The position numbers and the translations under genes are program-made. The notes beneath the pieces are model-generated. The model did no database searches. It was given only the letters and a program-made list of their open reading frames with translations, and had not been told where the DNA came from. Positions 51,372 to 64,000 of a stretch of 64,000 nucleotides of DNA are shown piece after piece; position 1 is the stretch's first letter, and every line of letters begins with the position of its first letter. Source of the DNA: Eledone cirrhosa (lineage: Eukaryota); the NCBI GenBank assembly GCA_964016885.1, contig OZ024743.1:328476001-328540000 (forward strand), read 5' to 3'.

Positions 51372-51635
51372 TTGATAAAATAAAGCACCTGTAATGCACT
51401 GGGGTAATTGCTGGCCTTGTGCCAAATGTAGAAACAATTCAAGGGGCAGTGGATTGGCAGTATCAGTAGAGGGTCGGACACCATGCTTTGACGCATAGAG
51501 TTACGGCCCTTGCCATTCTGAGTTCAAATTGCGCCGAGGTTAACTTTGCCTTTCATCCTTACGGGGTCGATAAAATAAAGTACCAGTAATACACTGGGTA
51601 ATTGCTGGCCTTGTGCCAAAAGTAGAAACAATTAT
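51372..51635 (+). mobile_element. tRNA-derived SINE (with a preceding SINE tail)
   Basis: TGGCAGTATCAGTAGAG..GAGTTCAAATT..TAACTTTGCCTTTCATCCTTACGGGGTCGATAAAATAAAGTACCAGT..GGCCTTGTGCCAAAAGTAGAAAC. Confidence 0.8.
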
Positions 51636-51884
51636 ATAAATATCTTCGATTGGTTTCTGGGAATTCGAAAGCTACACTCTACGTTGCGTAACATGCAAGT
51701 CAGTAATGTATCTGAAGATGGAACGAGGATATCTCTTTCTCAATAGGTGTTTTGTTCCGTTATCCACCAGCGCAGCTCAGTAACTCCACTGTCAAGTTCA
51801 CGCTACAGTTAGCATGAACTTTGGCAGCAGGGTCATGTGTTCCTTCTCAAGAAAAGAGGAAGATTCACACCCGGGCTTTGGAGC

Positions 51885-53062
51885 GTGGGTGGTGACATGA
51901 TGTGTTGGGGCGGAGTGGTGGGGTGGAATGGCGGCGTGGTGTGGTGCTGTGGTGCTGAGGGGGGGGGGGGGGTAGTGTGGTGGTGTGGTGTGGTGGAGTG
52001 GATCGGTGGCGTGGTCTGGTGGGGTGGAATGGCGGCGTGGTGTGGTGGTGTGGTGCTGTGGGGTGGAGTGGGGGTGTGGTGTGGTGTGGTGTGGTGGTGT
52101 GGCGGTGTGGTGGAGGGGATAGGTGGCGTGGTCTGATGGGGTGGAACGGTGGCGTGGTGTAGTGGGTTAGTGTGATGTGGTGGGGTGGTGTAGCGTGGTA
52201 GAGTGTGAGGGTGCAGCAGGATGGTTTGGCGTGGTGCTGTGGCGGGGTGTGTCGTGGGGTGATGTGGTGGGGTGGTTGGTGGGGCTGTGTGGTGGTGTGG
52301 TGGTGTATGGTTGGGATATGTGGTTGAGTGTGTGGTGTGGCGGGGTGATGTCAGTGTGGGGTGGTATGTGACTGGGTATATTTGGGGTACGGTCGGGTTA
52401 TGTGGTGGAGTGGTGTGTTGTGGTGTAGTATGGCGGTTCTGGTGTGGCGGAGTATGGCTGTGTGTAATTGGGTGTGGCGGGGTGGTGTGGTGGGGTGGCG
52501 TGGCGGGTATAACTGTGTGTAGCAGGTTGTGGCGAGGTGGTGTGGTGGGGTATGACTGTGTGTAGCAGGTTGTGGCGGAGTATGGCTGTGTATAGCAGAT
52601 TGTGGCAGGGTGGTGTGGTGATGTGGCGAGCTGGTGTGGTGTGGTGGTGTGGTGGGGTGGTGGTGTGGTGATGTGGTGGGCTGGTGTGGGGCGGTGGTGT
52701 GGCGTAATATGGTTGCGTGCACCAGGATGTGGCGGAGTGGTGTATCAAAGTGGTGTGGCGGGGTGGTGTATCAAGGTGGTGTGGCGGGGTGGTGTATGGT
52801 TGTATGTACCAGGATGTGGCGGGGGGGGGGGGGTATCAAGGTGGTGTGGTGGGGTGGTGTGTCTGGAAACCAGCAGAGAAGAAAGAAGCCTGGCCGTCTT
52901 TGGAAATGTCTTTATCCACTGCACTCAGTGCCATTAGCTGCTCACATCTCGTCTGCTTCTTTGAAAACTTTTCTTCTTTCATCCGCCCCCTCGCCCCTCC
53001 CTTCCACACTTAACCCCCCCCCCCGATAGACACACACACACATACACACATGTATATACTAC

Positions 53063-53099
<37 letters not shown>

Positions 53100-53107
53100 C
53101 CCATTAC

Positions 53108-53143
<36 letters not shown>

Positions 53144-53633
53144 CACCACCACCACCACCACAGCCACCACCACCACAACCACCACCAGCACACCAGCACA
53201 ACCACCACCAGCACACCACCACCATCACCACCACCACCACACTACCATCACCACCACCACCATCACCACCACCACCACCGCCACCACCACTACAACCACC
53301 ACCAGCACACCACCACCACCATCACCACCACCACCACCACCACCACCACACTACCATCACCACCACCACCACCACCACCACCACCACCACCACCAGCACC
53401 ACCACCACCACCACCACCAGCACCACCACCACACTACCATCACCACCACCACCACCAGCACCACCACCACAACCACCACCAGCACACCACCACAACCACC
53501 ACCAGCACACCACCACAACCACCACCAACACACCACCACCACCAACACCACCAGCACACCACCACCACCACCACCACCACACTACCATCACCACCACCAT
53601 CACCACCACCACCACACCACCACCACCACCACC

Positions 53634-53664
<31 letters not shown>

Positions 53665-54240
53665 CCATCACCACCACCACCACACCACCACCACCACCAC
53701 CACCAGCACCACCACAACCACCACCACCACCATCACCACCACCACCACACCACCACCACCACCAGCAGCACCACCACCACAACCACCACCAGCACACCAC
53801 CACAACCACCACCAACACACCACCACCACCAACACCACCAGCACACCACCACCACCACCACCACCACCACACTACCATCACCACCACCATCACCACCACC
53901 ACCACACCACCACCGCCACCACCACCAACACCACCACCACCAGCACCACCACCAGCACCACCACCGCCACCACCACCAACACCACCACCACCGCCACCAC
54001 CACCAACACCACCACCACCAACACCACCAGCACACCACCACCACCACCACCACCACCACACTACCATCACCACCACCATCACCACCACCACCACACCACC
54101 ACCGCCACCACCACCAACACACCACCACCACCAACACCACCAGCACACCACCACCACCACCACCACCACCACACTACCATCACCACCACCATCACCACCG
54201 CCACCACCACCAACGCCACCACCACCAACACCACCACACT
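51885..54240. repeat. Low-complexity GT-rich and (CCA)n tracts
   Basis: Degenerate trinucleotide and pentanucleotide repeats. Confidence 0.85.
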
Positions 54241-54739
54241 TGACCAGCCATAGGTGGGTAAAGTTACAACAATGATTTCGTCACGACCGGCGTTAAACCG
54301 TGAAAGAGAGGAAACGAGTGGATGAATTGGGTGGATGGTTATATACGAGTATGTGACAGTTTAGCCACCAGGTATGTCTTAATTCAGTAGACCAATAATT
54401 AAAGATAATCCAACCGTGATCCTCCACTCTTTAATTACGACAAAATGTATCTAGGACAGCATTATGTAATGTCTTGTTTTGTTTTTTATTTTGTTTTCTC
54501 CTTTAACCCTTTAGTATTTACATTACTCTATATTTACTATTGTATGTTCGTGGTAAAGTCCTCACGTAACCACCTCACATAATATAGAGTCTATGAGATT
54601 TTGATATTATTTATTTTGAGAACAAGACATTAACATCAGTATGAGCAGCCAGTTACAGCCAGTTTGAACAGAAAGAGGTGAGAGAAATCTGGCCAGATAT
54701 GACCGGTTTAAATTCTAAAGGGTTAAGATGGTCGGATGT

Positions 54740-54905
54740 AAAGGGGAGACAACTGACAGCAGAGTCGTTAGAATGTCAGAATGCTTTGTGGTATTTCTTT
54801 CGCTTCTCTGATCTCTGGGTTCAAATCCCGTCCAGGTCAACTTTGTCTTTCATCCATTCGAGGTCGATAAATAAAAGTACCAGTCAAGTACTGGGGGTCG
54901 ATTCT
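54740..54905 (+). mobile_element. tRNA-derived SINE, same subfamily as 7378
   Basis: GGTTCAAATCCCG..CAACTTTGTCTTTCATCCATTCGAGGTCGATAAATAAAAGTACCAGTCAAGTACTGGGGGTCGATT; downstream 54905-55060 also resembles 7530-7740. Confidence 0.75.
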
Positions 54906-55127
54906 TTCCCTATATCTCTTTCTCACTTCTATTCCCTCACTCTCTCTATCCTTATCTGGATGAGATCTGTTCTATTCAGACCTGGAGATGCGATGGGCCC
55001 CAGAAACGCCGTATTTCACTGCGGCACCTCTACGACTCCACCATGGGTTATACAATGTATATATACAAGGTGTAATGCGAGACAACGAATTGACAGTCGT
55101 TACAATGTTGGCATATTTGTTTTGACT

Positions 55128-55660
<533 letters not shown>

Positions 55661-55869
55661 TCACCGCCACCACAACCTCAACCATTGGTGGTGTTGGTTT
55701 TAGAGGTGTTGTTGTTGTTGTTGCCGCGGTGGTGTTGGTGGGTGCTGCGATGGTGATGGAGATGTGGTGGTGGTGTTGGTGGTAGTGGTGGTTGTGGAGG
55801 TGCTGTTGTTGGGGTGGTGTTGGTGGGTGCTGCGATGGTGGTGTGGTGTGGTGGTGGTGTGGTGTGGTG

Positions 55870-58270
55870 GTGGTGGTGCTGGTTGTGGAGATGTTGCGGC
55901 GCTGGTGTTGGTTGTGATGGTGGTATTGTTGTTGGGGTGGTGTTGTGGTGGTGGTGCTGCTGGTTGTGGAGGTGTTGTGGTGGTGGTGTACTGGTTGTGG
56001 AGGTGTTGTTGTTGGGGTGGTGTTGGTTGTGATGTTGGTATTGTTGTTGGGGTGGTGTTGTGGTGGTGGTGCTGCTGGTTGTGGAGGTGTTGTTGGGGTG
56101 GTGTACTGGTTGTGGAGGTGTTGTTGTTGGGGTGGTGTTGGTTGTGATGGTGGTATTGTTGTTGGGGTGGTGTTGTGGTGGTGGTGCTGCTGCTGGTTGT
56201 GGAGGTGTTGTGGTGGTGGTGTACTGGTTGTGGAGGTGTTGTTGTTGGGGTGGTGTTGGTTGTGATGATGGTATCGTTGTTGGGTGGTGTTGTGGTGGTG
56301 GTGCTGCTGGTTGTGGAGGTGTTGTGGTGGTGGTGTACTGGTTGTGGAGGTGTTGTTGTTGGGGTGGTGTTGGTTGTGATGTTGGTATTGTTGTTGGGGT
56401 GGTGTTGTGGTGGTGGTGCTGCTGGTTGTGGAGGTGTTGTGGTGGTGGTGTACTGGTTGTGGAGGTGTTGTTGTTGGGGTGGTGTTGGTTGTGATGGTGG
56501 TATTGTTGTTGGGGTGGTGTTGTGGTGGTGTTGTGGTGGTGGTGGTGCTGGTTGTGGAGGTGTTGTGGTGGTGGTGTACTGGTTGTGGAGGTGTTGTTGG
56601 GGTGGTGTTGGTTGTGATGGTGGTATTGTTGTTGGGGTGGTGTTGTGGTGGTGGTGCTGCTGCTGGTTGTGGAGGTGTTGTGGTGGTGGTGTACTGGTTG
56701 TGGAGGTGTTGTTGGGGTGGTGTTGGTTGTGATGGTGGTATTGTTGTTGGGGTGGTGTTGTGGTGGTGGTGCTGCTGCTGGTTGTGGAGGTGTTGTGGTG
56801 GTGGTGTACTGGTTGTGGAGGTGTTGTTGGGGTGGTGTTGGTTGTGATGGTGGTATTGTTGTTGGGGTGGTGTTGGTGATGGTGGTATCGTTGTTGGGGT
56901 GGTGTTGTGGTGGTGGTGCTGCTGCTGGTTGTGGAGGTGTTGTGGTGGTGGTGTACTGGTTGTGGAGGTGTTGTTGTTGGGGTGGTGTTGGTTGTGATGG
57001 TGGTATTGTTGTTGGGGTGGTGTTGTGGTGGTGGTGCTGCTGGTTGTGGAGGTGTTGTGGTGGTGGTGTACTGGTTGTGGAGGTGTTGTTGTTGGGGTGG
57101 TGTTGGTTGTGATGGTGGTATTGTTGTTGGGGTGGTGTTGTGGTGGTGGTGCTGCTGCTGGTCGTGGAGGTGTTGTGGTGGTGGTGTACTGGTTGTGGAG
57201 GTGTTGTTGTTGGGGTGGTGTTGGTTGTGATGATGGTATTGTTGTTGGGGTGGTGTTGGTGATGGTGGTATCGTTGTTGGGGTGGTGTTGTGGTGGTGGT
57301 GCTGCTGCTGGTTGTGGAGGTGTTGTGGTGGTGGTGTACTGGTTGTGGAGGTGTTGTTGTTGGGGTGGTGTTGGTTGTGATGGTGGTATTGTTGTTGGGG
57401 TGGTGTTGTGGTGGTGGTGCTGCTGTTGGTTGTGGAAATGTTGTGGTGGTGGTGTACTGGTTGTGGAGGTGTTGTTGTTGGGGTGGTGTTGGTTGTGATG
57501 GTGGTATTGTTGTTGGGGAGGTGTTGTGGTGGTGGTGCTGCTGGTTGTGGAGGTGTTGTGGTGGTGGTGTACTGGTTGTGGAGGTGTTGTTGTTGGGGTG
57601 TGGGTGTTGGTTGTGATGGTGGTATTGTTGTTGGGGTGGTGTTGTGGTGGTGGTGCTGCTGCTGGTTGTGGAGATGTTGTGGTGGTGGTGTACTGGTTGT
57701 GGAGGTGTTGTTGGGGTGGTGTTGGTTGTGATGGTGGTATTGTTGTTGGGGTGGTGTTGTGGTGGTGGTGCTGCTTGTTGTGGAGATGTTGTGGTGGTGG
57801 TGTACTGGTTGTGGAGGTGTTGTTGTTGGGGTGTGGGTGTTGGTTGTGATGGTGGTATTGTTGTTGGGGAGGTGTTGTGGTGGTGGTGCTGCTGCTGGTT
57901 GTGGAGGTGTTGTGGTGGTGGTGTACTGGTTGTGGAGGTGTTGTTGTTGGGGTGGTGTTGGTTGTGATGGTGGTATTGTTGTTGGGGTGGTGTTGTGGTG
58001 GTGGTGCTGCTGGTTGTGGAGATGTTGTGGTGGTGGTGTACTGGTTGTGGAGGTGTTGTTGGGGTGGTGTACTGGTTGTGGAGGTGTTGTTGGGGTGGTG
58101 TTGGTTGTGATGGTGGTATTGTTGTTGGGTGGTGTTGTGGTGGTGGTGCTGCTGGTTGTGGAGATGTTGTGGTGGTGGTGTACTGGTTGTGGAGGTGTTG
58201 TTGTTGGGGTGGTGTTGGTGATGGTGGTATCGTTGTTGGGGTGGTGTTGGTGGGTGCTGCGATGGTGGTG
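55870..58270. repeat. ~115-118-bp GT-rich minisatellite
   Basis: Unit marked by GTGTACTGGTTGTGGAGGTG recurring every 115-118 bp. Confidence 0.9.
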
Positions 58271-58676
58271 AAGTGGGGTATGTGTGAAGCGTTTTCCTCA
58301 TTCGAACTAAACAGCGATCCTTTTGTTGTTCAGCGTTGGTTGTCAGCGGCGGGGGCGGGGGGGTAGGGGGTAGCGGTGACCAGTAGGCATGACTGAAGGG
58401 TTGTTTCTACCATACCCCACCCTCCATAACGAGTCGACACGTGCCCCAACTCAGCTGCTGCCTCCTACCCCGGGTGGCGTCACTGAGGCTACATTTTGTA
58501 TACTGGCGCACCTGCCAAGTATGGAAGACAAGAAGCATCAACGAATAGCTTAGTAACCGTCGTCAAGGTGTTTTGTGTTGTTGTTGTTATTGTTCTATAC
58601 CGGAACTAGTGCGAATGTAACAGACACTTTTACATACAAATATACCTATACACATACATATATACACATACACATG

Positions 58677-58708
<32 letters not shown>

Positions 58709-58722
58709 CATGCATTAAGGTG

Positions 58723-58923
<201 letters not shown>

Positions 58924-59192
58924 CGAAGGAAATGTGGTACGAAACCAGATGGACCATAAGGCACCAAAGTACTCAATACTTTTTAGTCCAGAATTAGCCG
59001 TCGAAACGGCTTGAGCTCAGCCGTCGGGGTCCTACTCGTTCCTATATATATATATATATATATATACCTTAATGTATGTATATATATATATATATATATA
59101 TATAAATATGCATACACACATATATATATACATGCATTAAGGTATATATATATATATATATGCACACACACATATATATATATACAGGCATT

Positions 59193-59272
<80 letters not shown>

Positions 59273-59337
59273 AATGCATATATATATATATATGTGTGTG
59301 TGTGCATATTTATATATATATATATATATATATATAA

Positions 59338-59537
59338 GTTATTCCAGGTTGAATCGGAGGTAACAACAGTAAGTAAGGTACTCAATACATAGCAGAGTAT
59401 AAATGTTTTAATATAGAACAGCTTCTACAGGACTAGAACTGTTTCATTCGTGAGTAATCATCAGGAAGCTCAGGGCTTCCTGATGATTTCTAGCGAATGA
59501 AACAGTTCTAGTCCTGTAGAAGCTCTTCTATATTAAT
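59338..59537. mobile_element. Fold-back element family M: two back-to-back hammerheads
   Basis: Palindrome centred at about 59472; left-only tail 59338-59405; relatives at 3177 and 62423-62570. Confidence 0.8.
59473..59525 (+). ncRNA. Type I hammerhead ribozyme with full stem III (family M)
   Basis: gggcttc-CTGATGA-t-ttc-tagc-gaa-t-GAAA-CAG-ttctagtc-CTG-TA-gaagctc; mirror at 59421-59469 (-). Confidence 0.75.
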
Positions 59538-59607
59538 ATATATATATATATATATAATTATAAAATAACAGGAGGCTGGACTGGTGTACTTCCTTGAAAG
59601 GTTTATT

Positions 59608-59665
59608 ATACTATGATCATTTCAATGACCGGGTTCAGTATGAATCCGGTGACATCATCAGGTAT
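59608..59665 (-). ncRNA. Type I hammerhead ribozyme (family F)
   Basis: Minus strand atac-CTGATGA-tgtcaccgg..ccggtcatt-GAAA-T-GATC-A-TA-gtat. Confidence 0.7.
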
Positions 59666-59767
59666 TCGAAATATAACAAAGGAATACAATAGACAAAATC
59701 TATGGGGCTGAAAATCAGAGACATGAGGGCGACCGAACATTTAGCAGCTTCTACCCCTGTCGGCCGC

Positions 59768-59886
<119 letters not shown>

Positions 59887-60026
59887 GCACACACACACAT
59901 CCCTCAGTCGGGATTTTACATCTCTCTTTCTTTCTACATATATTAGACTCGGGCCCGACGGCTGAGCTCTTTCCGTTTCAACAGCTAGTATATATATATA
60001 TATATATATGTATGTGTATATCTCTC

Positions 60027-60118
<92 letters not shown>

Positions 60119-60214
60119 GATGTCCCCCGGAAAATGTATGCACACATTAATTACCTTACAGGCAAAGGTTTTTAGAATGCTGTTGAATTCTGTATACATT
60201 TTTGGGGGACAGTG

Positions 60215-60253
<39 letters not shown>

Positions 60254-61086
60254 ATATATATACATACACACACACACACACACTCCCTCTCTCTTTCTCT
60301 CTCTTTCATTCTCCCTCTCTCTCCCTCTCTCTTCCTCTCTTCCTACTCTCCCTTCTTTTCTCTCTCTCACTCTCTCTCCACACACACACACACACATACA
60401 CATATATATATATATGTACCCAGATATAAAATAAACACCACATACCAAGTACACACTCACTCAAATATGCACGAACACAATTACGGGATTGATGTGTCAC
60501 AGACACGTGCATTCAGACGAAGCCAAACACAGATACACACACAGATATATACACATACACACATAACACACTCAACTACATACACATAGACATATCCATA
60601 CATATATATAATACACACGAACACATAGCCTCACACAGCACAACACACCACACCACACTACATTACATACACTGACAGATGTATCAAACATACAGTTACA
60701 CACACACACACACACCACACACAAACCTATACACATATATACACATAAACACACAACAACACGCACACACATAAAGACACATATATATATACGCAGACAC
60801 ACACATACCCCCCCCCCACACACACAGAAACACACATACAATTATCAGAAGGTATCATACAAATATATATCTGTAGACACTGTCTTGGTCTTTTTAAAGT
60901 TTAAAAAGACCTGTCGACTCTCCCCGCCAGTCGGGGAATCTCCCACCCACTTTGGGGTGAGTGAGAGATGTCTTCTCTTGAGAAAAAAAGACTGGAGATA
61001 AAATGTGTAGCAACAAGGGCGGTGCTGCAGCATGGCCTCAGCCCGATGGCTGGAACAGGTAAAAGAGTAAAAGAGAATAACTTTCT

Positions 61087-61267
61087 GACAGTATCGGTAG
61101 AGGGTCGGACGCCATGCTTTGCACTAAAGAGTTACGGCCCTTTATGATCTGAGTTCAAATCCCACCAAGGTTAACTTTGCCTTTCATCCTTACGGGGTCG
61201 ATAAAATAAAGTACCAGTAATACACTCGGATGATTGCTGGCCTTGTGCCCAAAGTAGAAACAATTAT
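61087..61267 (+). mobile_element. tRNA-derived SINE
   Basis: Closely matches 51455-51633. Confidence 0.8.
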
Positions 61268-61768
61268 GTAAAATCTCCCCATTTTGCCTTATTTCTCCTC
61301 GTTTTGTGGCACTTTTTTTCACGGTACACCCCGTTTAGGTTTTTAGAAGTTGGCATGTCTGCCACATGGTCACGTGTTAAATCTCACTGTTTGACATCTC
61401 GAGCAAATATCTTCTAGTATAGACTTAGTATAGACTTAGGTTGACTGGAGCCTTGTAAGTAAAGTTTGGTAAATAAAGACAGTGAAGAAGCCTGTTGTTT
61501 GTGTGTGTGTATGTGTGTGTGAGGGGGGTCACCTTGTCTGTATTTAAGTTGATCTGCAGTTTGTTTGTGTTTTAACTTAGTGGTTCAACAAGAATAAATC
61601 GATAAACACGTACGGGATTTTGAAATAAATTCTTGCATCGCTATCCGTCTATTTATTGATTTATCTATCCAACCATGTATAAATCTAATCATCGATATAC
61701 CGTTATATATACCGTTATATTTCTTTCCGTACCTCTTTATCTATATACATATGTCAATATCACTTTAT

Positions 61769-61859
<91 letters not shown>

Positions 61860-62032
61860 ATATATATATATATATATATATAATGGCGAACTGTGAAATG
61901 CGCTTATTCGTCAGATGTAAATGTAAATTTAACCAAGTTTTGTATATTATAACTCGTTCCTCGGACTGAGTGCTCTGCCAGCTTTAGATATTTTTCACTT
62001 ATACAACTATATATATATAAATAAATAGATAC

Positions 62033-62125
<93 letters not shown>

Positions 62126-62255
62126 TATATAAACGAATGAAGAATGGCGTGCTGCGTTGTTGCGAACATGAACATATGAATAAAAATAGACCAAGAGATA
62201 AAATGTCCTCATCAGTAGTCTGCTGATTATCGTTTGTATTTCGACGCATTAAAGA

Positions 62256-62400
<145 letters not shown>

Positions 62401-62573
62401 TATACACACATATATATCATATTTAATATAGAAAGAACTTGTATAGGACTAGAACTGTTTCATTCGTATGAAATTATCAGGGTCCTTTCTATATCAAATA
62501 TGATGTTCACACTCTACTAATATATTGAGTACCTTATTAACTGTGGCTACCCCTGATTTAACTCGGGATATAC

Positions 62574-62701
<128 letters not shown>

Positions 62702-62707
62702 TATATA

Positions 62708-63240
62708 GATTTTGAGTATATGTTGGTTGTATACCAACACCTCAGTATACAGGCTGGAGCACTCGACGAAGTGCGCAGGTTGGTTTGGTTATTCCGGAGT
62801 AATGTAAAATAAAGTAAAATAAAAAGTCAAATGTTTAAAATTTAGCTTCGTTTATTACTGCTATATATATTTCGGTGACAGCCATCTTTGGCTGTGACCT
62901 CTTCAGGCAGTCCGAATTAGTGTGGTATAGACAAGTACATATGTTGTTGAGGTGTATAATTTTGTCAATACTCTGATATGCCCAGTTCCTGGTTGTGTTG
63001 TTAGTTCACTGAGGAACTGAAATCATAATATGACTCCAGTTCCTCAGTGAAATAACAACCCAACCAGGAACTGGGCATATCAGAGTATTGACAAAATTAT
63101 ACACCTCAACAACATATGTACTTGTCTATACCACACTAATTCGGACTGCCTGAAGAGGTCACAGCCAAAGATGGCTGTCACCGAAATATATATAGCAGTA
63201 ATAAACGAAGCTAAATTTTAAACATTTGACTTTTTATTTT

Positions 63241-63247
<7 letters not shown>
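62708..63247. mobile_element. Fold-back family B, second copy, with hammerheads at 62857-62911 (-) and 63145-63199 (+)
   Basis: Inverted around about 63027; actgc-CTGAAGA-ggtcacagcc-aaagat-ggctgtcacc-GAAA-TATATA-TA-gcagt. Confidence 0.85.
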
Positions 63248-63298
<51 letters not shown>

Positions 63299-63314
63299 TA
63301 TGTGTGTGTGTGTG

Positions 63315-63350
<36 letters not shown>

Positions 63351-63352
<2 letters not shown>

Positions 63353-63772
63353 GTACGAGGTGAGTTTTATTGTAGTACAATAAAGCAATGCAGATATCGG
63401 ATAAGAAGCACTCTACAGTTTGTGGGACTGGAGTATGCATAATATAAGATCAAAATATGGTTAAAGGAGTTCCATATATTTTATTATGCGCATTTCAAAA
63501 ACAAACATCATCAAACAATAATATTTGTGTTTTCATCAGATAAAACAGGAGAACATGATATGAAGGCTAAAAAACACTTGTTGATAGTGCAGTTTTAAAT
63601 CAACATATGTTGATTTAAAACTGCACTATCAACAAGTGTTTTTTAGCCTTCATATCATGTTCTCCTGTTTTATCTGATGAAAACACAAATATTATTGTTT
63701 GATGATGTTTGTTTTTGAAATGCGCATAATAAAATATATGGAACTCCTTTAACCATCTTTTGATCTTATATT
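63351..63772. mobile_element. Fold-back element (family H group), spacerless palindrome with hammerheads at 63479-63545 (-) and 63668-63734 (+)
   Basis: Centre CAACA-TA-TGTTG at 63606/63607; ttttat-CTGATGA-aaaca..tgttttt-GAAA-T-GCGC-A-TA-ataaaa. Confidence 0.85.
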
Positions 63773-63930
63773 ATATATATATATATATATATACATGTAA
63801 AGTTATATTTAAAATTGTTGGGTTACAACTAGTAAATATTTATAACTGATATAAAAGCACTCGACAAATATTTGGAGTATATTTACAATATTAAATAAAT
63901 GGAAAATTATATTTATAAAACCATATTTAT

Positions 63931-63990
63931 TTCATTATATATATTTCGGGGATATCATATTAACAATATGCTATGCCTTCATCAGACAAA
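63931..63990 (-). ncRNA. Hammerhead motif (family H group), element cut by the window edge
   Basis: Minus strand tttgt-CTGATGA-aggcatagcatatt..aatatgatatcccc-GAAA-T-ATAT-A-TA-atgaa. Confidence 0.65.
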
Positions 63991-64000
63991 ATACAATATA

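Noticed and set aside
52836-52982. Short ~48-codon minus-strand ORF (MKEEKFSKKQTRCEQL..) as an exon
   Set aside because: No recognisable homology or clear splice signals

Overview
AT-rich, microsatellite-dense eukaryotic DNA with no recognisable host gene. The SINE types and the (TA)n/(GA)n/(CA)n load suggest a coleoid cephalopod such as Octopus (inference). Almost all long ORFs in the track are artefacts of simple repeats. The window holds LINE remnants (RTE-like, R4/Dong-like and CRE-like RLE, a CR1/L2-group tail), tRNA-derived SINEs, two non-autonomous Helitrons, Tc1/pogo-type MITEs, several minisatellites and a near-exact 3.9-kb tandem duplication. The main unexplained signal is about a dozen sequence-distinct families of short non-coding elements inserted in (TA)n tracts. 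Most are fold-back palindromes, and nearly all carry a type I hammerhead ribozyme motif in the arm(s) pointing outward (stem I-CUGANGA-stem II-GAAA-short stem III-UH-stem I'). They share one architecture: (TA)n - one-sided tail - arm - variable inversion point - inverted arm - (TA)n. This fits non-autonomous Penelope-like or retrozyme-like elements with inverted pLTRs that target TA microsatellites. Core variants include U3-A8, C4 and A4. All folds were read by eye and none was computed; element boundaries are approximate.
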